Shown: piece after piece, positions 1 to 10,350 of the stretch
Numbering within the stretch: the first letter of the stretch is position 1
Layout: each line of letters opens with the position of its first letter
NCBI RefSeq assembly: GCF_001194135.2
Contig: NC_068989.1
Span: 43,473,569 to 43,537,568, forward strand
Source of the DNA: Octopus bimaculoides
Lineage: Eukaryota
Reading direction: 5' to 3'
Length of the DNA: 64,000 bases
Translations under genes and position numbers: made by a program
The notes under the pieces: generated by a model
What the model was told of the DNA's origin: nothing
Database searches by the model: none
Seen by the model: only the letters and a program-made list of their open reading frames with translations

Positions 1-246
1 GAATACGCCATAGGTGTCTTCGAAAGTGTCAGTGGTGGGATGGGGCTTGTGGGGTCGGAGCGTAACCCAGTCCCCCACTTCATCTGTCTATATTGTTTTG
101 TGTGTTGTTTGTTGTAAACATTCGATTTTCGATTTTATTATATTTTTAATTGTTTCATATTTTTGTAACCCCATACGTGTTATCTGACCCCAATCAGATG
201 TTTTGTCCCTTTCTGTGTTTGGCCTCTAGTGGGTAATAAAGAGATA
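1..246 (+). mobile_element. 3' end of a non-LTR retroelement (candidate LINE partner of SINE family B)
   Basis: Ends in GTTTTGTCCCTTTCTGTGTTTGGCCTCTAGTGGGTAATAAAGAGATA, closely matching the tail of SINE-B copies (e.g. 32100-32142, 35785-35825), but the upstream body is unrelated to SINE-B. 5' part lies outside the window. Confidence 0.45.
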
Positions 247-1321
247 TAAATCCAGAAAAACACAAAAGTCCTACCTGTAGTTGTACGTCAAAAATTCACG
301 ACGCTGGCATCCAGCGACGTGAGAACAGGAGCGACAAAAAACACGTCCTCTCGGTAACCAATGCTACTTACCACACAGCCACTCCTGCGCTTATAAACCA
401 TTGACTTTATCCATTTCCTAAATGTCAGGCCTTCAGCCAAAGTTAGAGAATGATGTAATAAATGTAAAACGGAAAGGAGCAGTGAACTGAAAAAAAAAAA
501 CCGTTGAGCGTCCGATAAAAGGACTTGCAATATTTGTTCTGACTTTACGTTTAGATTTGAAATACGGTCAAGGTCAACTTTGTTTTGACTTTTTCGGAGT
601 TGATAAAATAAAGTACTGGCCAAGTAATGGAATCGATTTAATCGACTGCCGATTTGTACCATGTTACAGATTATTATGGTACTGTAGCAAGTCATAAAAG
701 GCGGCAATATGACGTAATGGTCGTTTGCCCGAACAAGCATAATGATCCGAATTCGGATATGAGCAGTTATAAAGACCTTGATTTTTGGGAAATTACTCAG
801 TGTTCATAGGATTGTTACTAAACTCCACGACACTCACTGAGATATTGGCTATTTTTGTATGCCATGTCTATGATAAAAATCGAACAAGATTTATTTGAAC
901 TGTTGTGAACTCTAGTAGTTAGTATGAAAGATTAGCTAGTGTGAATTTTAAGTCGTAATTCTCTATGACAAAATGACTTTACTTTCCAATTGTACTATCA
1001 ATGCTAAATGTACATAAACAAAATAATATAGTAATTATTTTCTCTTTCTTCATGTTCTTCAACTTTTTAATGAAATTTATTCCTGCAATTATGAAACTGT
1101 GCATTTTTTTATATTGGTTAATAGAACACGAATTTGTTTATCTTCAACATACATGCACGCATACAATGTCCGTTAGCGTTTCAGAATATATATTTCTCGC
1201 TATGGCGTTATGTAGATGGAGTCAGGATTTAGGTATAATGATAACACTCATATGTAAGTTATAAATGACGAGTTTATCAATATATATTCCGATTTCGAAA
1301 GTAAAATATATTTATTATCTA

Positions 1322-1653
1322 CTAGCAGAAATACCCGGCGTTGCCCGGGTTAAAGAGAATAATGAAATCTAAAAACGCCGTCTAGACTACGCATCATCTT
1401 TATATATAGAGATGTATATACACACACGCACCCAAACACACGTATATATATGTATATCAATATAAATATATGAAAGTCAATGAAGTTTCGTAAAAGAAGG
1501 TGATCATGTACATACTTTCTTGCTGTTGTGATTATAACACCTCATTGTAAACTATGTTCCTTGTTTTCCCTTGTGGAGCATATACAAATAGGTTTTTTGT
1601 TGCTGCCCACTCTTGAGCAGCCAACATACAGTTGTCCATGTGAGAAGCAGGGC
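1322..1653 (-). mobile_element. Helitron 3' portion nested in the 5' LTR
   Basis: Minus strand ends in hairpin CCCGG-GCAACG-CCGGG followed by TATTTCTG-CTAG|T; helicase C-terminus about 180 bp upstream of the hairpin; 5' end lost in gap 1654-2642. Confidence 0.88.
1532..1653 (-). pseudogene. Helitron Rep/Hel PIF1-helicase C-terminal fragment (frameshifted)
   Basis: PCFSHGQLYVGCSRVGSN / KNLFVYAPQGKTRNIVYNEVL* reconstructed across one frameshift. This is the canonical Helitron helicase C-terminus (SHGQLYV..SRV ... T.NIVY.EVL). Confidence 0.9.
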
Positions 1654-2695
1654 NNNNNNNNNNNNNNNNNNNNNNNNNNNNNNNNNNNNNNNNNNNNNNN
1701 NNNNNNNNNNNNNNNNNNNNNNNNNNNNNNNNNNNNNNNNNNNNNNNNNNNNNNNNNNNNNNNNNNNNNNNNNNNNNNNNNNNNNNNNNNNNNNNNNNNN
1801 NNNNNNNNNNNNNNNNNNNNNNNNNNNNNNNNNNNNNNNNNNNNNNNNNNNNNNNNNNNNNNNNNNNNNNNNNNNNNNNNNNNNNNNNNNNNNNNNNNNN
1901 NNNNNNNNNNNNNNNNNNNNNNNNNNNNNNNNNNNNNNNNNNNNNNNNNNNNNNNNNNNNNNNNNNNNNNNNNNNNNNNNNNNNNNNNNNNNNNNNNNNN
2001 NNNNNNNNNNNNNNNNNNNNNNNNNNNNNNNNNNNNNNNNNNNNNNNNNNNNNNNNNNNNNNNNNNNNNNNNNNNNNNNNNNNNNNNNNNNNNNNNNNNN
2101 NNNNNNNNNNNNNNNNNNNNNNNNNNNNNNNNNNNNNNNNNNNNNNNNNNNNNNNNNNNNNNNNNNNNNNNNNNNNNNNNNNNNNNNNNNNNNNNNNNNN
2201 NNNNNNNNNNNNNNNNNNNNNNNNNNNNNNNNNNNNNNNNNNNNNNNNNNNNNNNNNNNNNNNNNNNNNNNNNNNNNNNNNNNNNNNNNNNNNNNNNNNN
2301 NNNNNNNNNNNNNNNNNNNNNNNNNNNNNNNNNNNNNNNNNNNNNNNNNNNNNNNNNNNNNNNNNNNNNNNNNNNNNNNNNNNNNNNNNNNNNNNNNNNN
2401 NNNNNNNNNNNNNNNNNNNNNNNNNNNNNNNNNNNNNNNNNNNNNNNNNNNNNNNNNNNNNNNNNNNNNNNNNNNNNNNNNNNNNNNNNNNNNNNNNNNN
2501 NNNNNNNNNNNNNNNNNNNNNNNNNNNNNNNNNNNNNNNNNNNNNNNNNNNNNNNNNNNNNNNNNNNNNNNNNNNNNNNNNNNNNNNNNNNNNNNNNNNN
2601 NNNNNNNNNNNNNNNNNNNNNNNNNNNNNNNNNNNNNNNNNNAAACATATAAAAGTAGTGTTACACAAACGGTAACAAAACGCGGCTATAGAAAG

Positions 2696-2715
2696 TGGTG
2701 ACCTCTCGACGTGAT
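2696..2715 (+). promoter_or_regulatory. Primer-binding site complementary to tRNA-Trp
   Basis: TGGTGACCTCTCGACGTGAT versus TGGTGACCCCGACGTGAT (reverse complement of the eukaryotic tRNA-Trp 3' end plus CCA), 5 nt after the LTR end. Confidence 0.8.
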
Positions 2716-2994
2716 CTCGTAGATAAACCACCACATCATAAAAGTATAGACAATTGTGAAAAATATATAAAATTTTCGATAGAAAATAGATGACAGTTTC
2801 ATTACACAAAATTTTATTAACAGAAATATTTGATATTAAAAGTTGGCGGAAAAAGAACGCTGAAGAAATAAACAATAATAGTTATAAGAAGTTTAACTGC
2901 ACTTTCTAGCAAATTAAAATTATATTTCATAGCTGTTGAAAGTATTATTTCACTAAGAGCAAAATTTTCTTTTTGAAAATTATAATACATTTGA

Positions 2995-3678
2995 ATGGAA
3001 GAAAATATTAAAGAGATTGAAATGTCTTATTTTGATAGAGGATATATGCAAGCTTCTATGACAGTTTTACCTCCTGCTTGGACAGGAGATACCCTTATCT
3101 GGTTTGCTCAATTAGAAGCAAGTTTTGCAGCAAACAGAATAGCAACAGAGGCACAAAAGTATAACATAATGTTAAGTAACTTACCACCACTTCTGAGTAA
3201 TGAAATTAGGGACTTATTAGTAGATCCTACTGAACCATTTTCATATTCTTCCGTAAAGGAAGAGCTACTAAAGAGGACTGCCAATTCAAAGCGAAAAGAA
3301 TTTGCTAAATTGTTCAATAGCGAACAACTGGGTGACAGAAAACCTACTCAACTTCTTCGTAGAATGAAAGAACTTCTCGGAAATCAATAGATAGAAGAGT
3401 CTTATCTTAAGGAAGTTTTCTTTGGCAAGTTACCTCATAGCACTCAAACACTACTTTCAGCGGTGAAAGAGCAAAATTCTCTCAAATTGGCAGATGGTAT
3501 TATGGAATTAACATCTAGAGAGTTTGTAAATGCCTTGCCATCCATTTCTTCAGAATTACAGTTGATGAAAGAAACTTACAAGAAACAATTAAAATTATTT
3601 TCAGACAAGATCGAAAGTCTTCAGCTGGGAAGAGATAAATGCTCTTATAATAGACAACATACAAGATGGCGTATATGA
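2995..3678 (+). pseudogene. gag: gag (CsRn1/Kabuki-type capsid), in-frame stop at 3388-3390, C-terminus missing
   Basis: LPPAW..D..IWFAQLEASF...I.TE.QKY....LP.....IRDLL..P....YS..KEELLKRT.......L...EQLGDRKPTQLLRRMKELLG pattern; same frame continues after TAG (IEESYLKEVFFGKLP...). Confidence 0.9.
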
Positions 3679-5516
3679 TTGAAAAGTCCCAAAAGAAATG
3701 CTAGAAAAATGAAGCTATAACTTTAAAGGATGATGAATTAAGGCTTTTCAAAGCATAAAAGAAAAACTGTGTAAAACAGCACTCTTAAATCATCGGGCTC
3801 CTGAAGCAAAATTATGGTTGGTAGTTGATGCCTCCGATGTTGGCATCGGAGTTTTACAACAGTTTCATTGTGGTTCTTGGCAGCCATTATTTTTTTTTTC
3901 TAAAAATTTCAAGGCACCAGAAACGAAATACAGCATTTTCGGCAGAGAATTGTTGGCAGCTTACTTGTCAATTAAATACTTCAGACATCTTCTTGAAGGT
4001 AGGTCATTTACATTATTTCTGACCATAAACCATTGATACATGCACTAAAAAATTCTTCTGAAAAATATTCTCCAAGAGAAATTAGACACCTTGATTATAT
4101 TTCACAGTATACTGTGGATATACGGTATATCAAGAGTGTTGAGAATTCTGCAGCTGATGCATTTAGTTCATTAAGCACTATCAATTTGGAAGAAATGTCT
4201 AAAGATCAAACTACTGATAAAGAATTTTCTTTGTATAAAGATTCCAGTTCTACTTCTTTGAAATTTAAATTATTGCCGATTCATTCTTGTAAATCACATA
4301 TTTGGGGTGATATTTCTACTGGTTTTTCTAGACCATTTGTGCCTGAAAAACATAGAAAAGTTGTTTTTTCTACTTTACATAAACTATCTCATCCTGGTAT
4401 TGGAGCTTCATTAAAATTAATAACTGAGTCGTTTCATTTGGCCTGGTATGAATAAGGATATTCGTTCTTGGGTTCAATCGTGTATGCACTGCCAAAAAGC
4501 AAAAGTAAATCGTCACATTAAAGCACCATTAGGTACTTCTGCAAATCCTGATTCCAACGCATTCATATTGACATAGTTGGACCATTACTTCCAGTGGAAG
4601 GTAATATTTATTTGTTAGCATGCGTAGATCGTTTTTCGCGATGGCCAGAAGTGTATTCAATCAAAGACATATCTGCAGTAACTATAGCAAGAACTTTATT
4701 TAGCAATTGGATATCTAGATTCGGCATACACAACACATTGACAACAGATCGTGGAAGGCAATTTGAGTCTACACTTTTCGCAGAATTCAACAAATTGTTA
4801 GGAAGTCATAGAATTCGTACAACTTCATATAATCCACAATCTAACGGCATGATAGAAAGGTTTCATAGGCAGTTGAAGTCTTCATTAAGAACTTATTCTG
4901 ATTCTAGCAGTTGGTTAGAAGCATTAATAGTGATACTGTTAGGAATCAGCAGTGCTATTAAAAAAGTTTACAATATCCTCCTGCTGAACTTTTGTACGGA
5001 ACAACATTAACTCTACCTGGTCAAATGTTTGAAGAGACCATTTCTTTTAATGAAGATATTAACAATTATGTAACCCGGCTCAAGAGATTTCTTTCTGATG
5101 TTCCTTCTTTTACAAGTAAATTACAAAATATTAAAAGTTTCGTTCCTTCTTATATTAATTCTTGGACTCATGTATTTGTACGTAATGATGCCAGTCATCA
5201 TTCACTGAATTATAGACCTTTTAAAGTTTTGTCAATTAAAGATAACACTATGACTTCGGATATGCATGGTAAAAATGAATTTATCAGTTTAGACAGAGTT
5301 AAAAAAGTTCATTTCGATCAGTCTTCATGTCATGAAAAATAAAGATTTGAGCAACACGTTTCAAAAAAGAACTTGTAACAGAACAATTAACAAGACAGCG
5401 AACTTAAGGTTGAGGAAAAGATCCACAAGTCAATTTTAAAATCACCTACCAGCGAAAAGAAAACTAGAAGTGGTAGAATTGTATATTTTCCCAAAAGACT
5501 TCCTCAGTTTGTTTGA
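3679..5516 (+). pseudogene. pol: pol remnant: RT connection, RNase H and integrase (frameshifted); protease and RT core absent
   Basis: RNase H motifs VDASDVGIG, FSK..K..E.KYS.F.RELLAAY.SIKYFRHLLEGR.F, DHKPL; integrase HHCC (H..SH...C..C) and DDE (HIDIVG, TDRGRQF, NGMIERFHR). Confidence 0.92.
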
Positions 5517-5632
5517 ATATATACCTCATGAACTTTTATATTCCTGGAATTTTTTGTGTATAAAAAAAAGATTATGTATGTATTATGATATTTTTTTTCG
5601 CAAAATTGACAATTTTTCTGGCGAATGGCTTA

Positions 5633-5693
5633 TGTAGCAAGTCATAAAAAGCGGCAATATGACGTAATGGTCGTTTTGCCGGACAGGCATAAT
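5633..5693 (+). repeat. 3' LTR fragment
   Basis: 61-bp direct repeat of 683-743, preceded by a degenerate purine tract; similarity stops abruptly at 5693. Confidence 0.85.
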
Positions 5694-7407
5694 TGTTGGT
5701 ATCCCATTGGTTAAAATTACTGCCCATATACGAATTCTAAACTTTCGTCAAAGAAAAGTTTAACGAAATACGGTTTTTGGAATTCGGGGATCTTTTCCCT
5801 TTGAACGGCACATCGAGAAATTAATTTTTTGTAACTAAACGCTTTCAAACTTCGGACACTGGTAGAATGTGTCATATAAAACATNNNNNNNNNNNNNNNN
5901 NNNNNNNNNNNNNNNNNNNNNNNNNNNNNNNNNNNNNNNNNNNNNNNNNNNNNNNNNNNNNNNNNNNNNNNNNNNNNNNNNNNNNNNNNNNNNNNNNNNN
6001 NNNNNNNNNNNNNNNNNNNNNNNNNNNNNNNNNNNNNNNNNNNNNNNNNNNNNNNNNNNNNNNNNNNNNNNNNNNNNNNNNNNNNNNNNNNNNNNNNNNN
6101 NNNNNNNNNNNNNNNNNNNNNNNNNNNNNNNNNNNNNNNNNNNNNNNNNNNNNNNNNNNNNNNNNNNNNNNNNNNNNNNNNNNNNNNNNNNNNNNNNNNN
6201 NNNNNNNNNNNNNNNNNNNNNNNNNNNNNNNNNNNNNNNNNNNNNNNNNNNNNNNNNNNNNNNNNNNNNNNNNNNNNNNNNNNNNNNNNNNNNNNNNNNN
6301 NNNNNNNNNNNNNNNNNNNNNNNNNNNNNNNNNNNNNNNNNNNNNNNNNNNNNNNNNNNNNNNNNNNNNNNNNNNNNNNNNNNNNNNNNNNNNNNNNNNN
6401 NNNNNNNNNNNNNNNNNNNNNNNNNNNNNNNNNNNNNNNNNNNNNNNNNNNNNNNNNNNNNNNNNNNNNNNNNNNNNNNNNNNNNNNNNNNNNNNNNNNN
6501 NNNNNNNNNNNNNNNNNNNTATCCCATTGGTTAAAATTACTGCCCATATACGAATTCTAAACTTTCGTCAAAGAAAAGTTTAACGAAATACGGTTTTTGG
6601 AATTCGGGGATCTTTTCCCTTTGAACGGCACATCGAGAAATTAATTTTTTGTAACTAAACGCTTTCAAACTTCGGACACTGGTAGAATGTGTCATTTAAA
6701 ACATCATTTATTCCTGGCGTTTTTAAGAAAATTGTTTATTTTCGAAGTTATTTCGTGTTAAAGTTGTCGTATTTCAGTAATTTCAACCAATCAATGACTT
6801 CTATTGAGGTGAAAACAATTGCCGCTGTGGTTTGTCAACAAGACGTTACAGCGGTGTATATTTAGTTTGTCATTGTTATTTCTGATATATTTACATTTGA
6901 GATACACGTGTGTATAGTTTAATTAATTCAGTTATTAGTTATTTTTTAATTTTTTTCAGTTTATTTTGTTTGTGAAAGTATTTTCGCTTTGTTTTAGCGT
7001 TTTCAAAATTGCCTATTTTGGGATCTTTTCCATTAGCACATCGGACAAAATTCTCGGCGCTCTTTCTTCCACCTTTGCTTTTCATCCCTTCGGCGTCGAT
7101 AAGATGAATACCAGGTGAGCACTGGGGTCGATGTAGTTGACTCACCCTCTTGCCACAAAATTTTAGGTCTTGTACACGTAGCAGGAAGGGTGAAGAACAA
7201 TATATGCTGTACTGTTCCTGTACCCCACCAAATAGTTACTAGTGGCAGAAGTAAACTTTTTTTTTCTATGCTTGGTATTTATTCTATCGGACACTTTTAC
7301 TGAACCGTTACGTTACAGGGACGTAAACAAACCAACACCGGTTGACATGTGTTGGTGAACAACACACATACACATGCACACACACATACACACATGTCAA
7401 TCATATA

Positions 7408-8688
7408 TATTGGGTAATCCCATAAATAATGCTGTTTTTTCAATTACATGAACAAAAAGTCGGAGGGGGACGGGATAAACTACCTGCATTGCTATAAAAG
7501 CAGGTAGCAATTTTACCTTGTGCTTATTCTTTGTGCAAGTTTTGAAGAGTGCAGTTCCATTTTAATAGTTATTCTTTCAAAGCTATAATGGAAATGACAA
7601 AGGAGCATATTTGGCATATTTCACTTTGTGAGTTTAATAAAGGCAACAACGCAATGGAAAGTGCGATGAATATTAATGCAGTATATGTGAATAGGACAAT
7701 AAGCACAAACCAGTGTCAGCAGTGGTTCCAAGAATTCCGAGTCGGAAACGAGCCTAGAAGACGAACCTCGTCCTGGAAAATCTGTAGAGCTCGACGAGGA
7801 CGTCTTGCAAACCCTTGTGGAACAAAATTCCATCGTGTAACTGTTGAGGAATTAGCAGAGAAGCTTGGATTTGATCATTCAACCATTCATCGACACCTGC
7901 GTGCCATCATAAAAGTTAACAAATTGGGTCAATGGGTTCCTCACAAACTGTCTAATCGCCGGCAGAGAGTGAATGTTTGTTCTTCTTTGGTGTCACGTCT
8001 CACGAGTGAACCTTTTATTAGGCCGAATAGTGACTGGTAACGAGAAATGGGTTCTCTATAAAAATGTCAGGCGCCGAAGACAGTCAGTAGGGAAAGGAGA
8101 AACACCGGCACCCCAGGCTAATGAAGGTCTTCACCCACGTAAAGTGTTTGGTGGGGTATGAAAGGTTTAGTCCACTTTGAACTTTTAAACCCAAGCCAAA
8201 CGATAACAAAGGAGATCTACTGCGAGCAGCTTCAGCGGCTTAAGTCAGCGCTAGAAGCAAAATGACCTTTCGTCTTTGGTTTCAAGACGAAAGGTGTTCT
8301 TCCACCAGGATAATGCTCGGCCACATGCAGCGAGGATGACATTCTAAAAGCTGGAGCAGTTTGAATGGAAAACGATACCCCACCCACCATATTCGCCGGA
8401 CATTGCCATATCTGATTATCATTTATTCCGCAGTCTTCAAAATCATTTGGATTGAGAAAATATGAATTCTGTAGACGAGGTCAGAACAGCACTGGAGGAG
8501 TATTTTTCATCACGGACAATTGAATTTTGGAAAAGGGGGCTTGCAAGTCTACCAGATAGATGGAAGGGCATTGTAGAAAATGAAGGAGAGTATATTTTAG
8601 ATTTAAAAAAGAACTTTGTTTATCTTAATTTTGAAAAATAAAAGAAGTATAAAAAAAAAACCCGCATTATTTATGGGATGACCCAATA
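7408..8688 (+). mobile_element. Full-length mariner (DD34D) element, cecropia-subfamily-like
   Basis: 25-bp TIRs TATTGGGT(A/C)ATCCCATAAATAATGC (24/25 match), TA flanks, 1281 bp, typical mariner length. Confidence 0.95.
7588..8610 (+). pseudogene. mariner transposase (frameshifts and stops)
   Basis: WVPHKL and HPPYSPDIA-SDYHLF motifs; IVTG(D>N)EKW, HQDNARPH; HTH region similar to Hsmar1-type proteins. Confidence 0.95.
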
Positions 8689-8805
8689 TATTGTTATCAA
8701 GCAACACAAAATTTAAGAATTGTTTGACCTGTGAATTTTAGACCTGTGAGCCGTAATTAAACACTGAGTTTCTGTTTGTTTGTTTGTTGTTCTGACATTA
8801 CTTAG

Positions 8806-8953
8806 CTGCATGTGGGGTTGTGTGGTAAGAAGCACATGGTTTTTGGTTCAGTCCCACTACGTGACACCTTCGGCAAGTGTCTTCTGCTATAGCCTCGAGC
8901 TGACCGAAACCTTGTGAATAGATTTGGTAGACAGAAACTGAAAGAAGCTCGTC

Positions 8954-8992
<39 letters not shown>

Positions 8993-9170
8993 NNNNNNNN
9001 NNNNNNNNNNNNNNNNNNNNNNNNNNNNNNNNNNNNNNNNNNNNNNNNNNNNNNNNNNNNNNNNNNNNNNNNNNNNNNNNNNNNNNNNNNNNNNNNNNNN
9101 NNNNNNNAAATTCTTCAAGGCGATGCCCCAACTTGGCCGCAGTCTAATAACTAAAATAAGAAAGTGATAT
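8806..9170 (+). mobile_element. tRNA-derived SINE family A (gap inside)
   Basis: Head GGTTGTGTGGTAAGAAG...GGTTCAGTCCCAC with A/B-box-like motifs, central CA/TG tract, and the shared 3' body seen in many copies. Confidence 0.8.
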
Positions 9171-9230
9171 AAGATTTCATGCTCCAATTTTTTTTTCCTT
9201 TATAAGTTCAGTAATTTACCAACAATATTT

Positions 9231-9452
9231 TACGAAGGGGTGCTGAAAAGATCCTGGCTTTAAGAGTATCGCGAAAGGCCTGGTTGGAGGCCCAAACTTC
9301 TGAGTTCTTTTACAGGGCTTAGAAAAAATGAAGGCCACTGGAATAAGTGTGTGTGAATCTGAGAGGGGAATATGTTGAATAAAATCTTAATTAACTGATT
9401 CTCCTGTATTTTCTTTTACCCAAAGCCAGGAACTTTTCAGCACCGCCTCGTA
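9231..9452. mobile_element. mariner-derived MITE
   Basis: About 30-bp TIRs TACGA(A/G)G(G/C)GGTGCTGAAAAG(A/T)TCCTGGCTTT with TA ends; 222 bp, non-coding. Confidence 0.85.
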
Positions 9453-9893
9453 TGTGGTCCAGTTGTAAAAATATGTATTAGGGAATTGACTTTTTCGTCT
9501 TCAAGTGTGATACTATGTGAAGAGGGTAGTCGATAATTAATTATTTCCTAGAGGACTGGACATAGAGAAGGTTGTAAAACACTCACTGTTTAGTAATTAG
9601 TCGTCTCCCTTCATAATATAAATTCGAATCTTTCACCTATCCATCCAGCTAATGTAAATAAAAATCCTACTTCTTTCTTCAGTGATCCGTTCGAGGTAGG
9701 TTATGTATAGAGGCTGATAGCTCGTCTGTGATTCTATGGCAGCAATCCATTGTCGACGCAATCTCCCACGCTTGAAGACTGACTCGTGTTAATTATTATT
9801 AAAATGTGCTAATTATCTTTTCTATATACTGGAGCTGACTACGTCGTTGTTTAGATGTCTCTCCTCAGAACATAAGGATTAGAGTGTCAGTTT

Positions 9894-9935
<42 letters not shown>

Positions 9936-10237
9936 NNNNNNNNNNAATCGACAAATCACTCCCCAATTTACTTAGGCGGCACATAACTTTTGGGAGAGCC
10001 ATTAAAGTCAATAACTCCCAGTTAGGAAATTGATGGAAGCGCCATACTTGATCTAGTTTTATTTCTGTTCAAATAAAGATATAAATAATCGTTCAAGTAT
10101 TTTAAACCAGGATTCATAAGATTGAGGAGACAAAAACTTTGGTCTGTAAGAAATTCTTTCAACTATTACAGTGATTCCAGATAACACCCTCCAATAATCA
10201 CAAGGCTTGGAATTGGTGTGAGGAGGTAGGGAGTCTG

Positions 10238-10350
10238 AAAGGATGAAAGGCAAGATCGACCTCGGTGCAATTTGAGCTCAAAACTTTAATACAGACGAAA
10301 TGCCGCTAAGCATTTTGTCCGGCGTGCTAACGATTCTGCCAGCTAGCCCT
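10238..10350 (-). mobile_element. SINE family B, 5' fragment
   Basis: Reverse complement of the GGCGAGCTGGCAGAA...GAGTTCAAATT...GAGGTCGACTTTGCCTTTCATCC head. Confidence 0.75.

Larger units (their letters stand above)
683..2690 (+). repeat. 5' LTR (interrupted by a Helitron and an assembly gap)
   Basis: Starts TGTAGC (683), ends GCTATA (2685-2690, one change from the expected GCTACA inverted end) just before the PBS. Only the first 61 bp can be checked against the 3' LTR. Confidence 0.65.
683..5693 (+). mobile_element. Ty3/gypsy LTR retrotransposon, CsRn1/Kabuki-like, internally deleted and degenerate
   Basis: Direct repeats starting TGTAGC at 683 and 5633 (61 bp, about 5 mismatches), tRNA-Trp PBS at 2696, gag at 2995, RNase H then integrase (gypsy order) at 3680-5516. 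Confidence 0.92.

Noticed and set aside
5700-6704. 185-bp direct repeat (5700-5884 and 6520-6704)
   Set aside because: Copies sit exactly on either side of a gap and differ by one base; most likely an unmerged contig overlap or haplotype artefact, not an LTR or tandem duplication.
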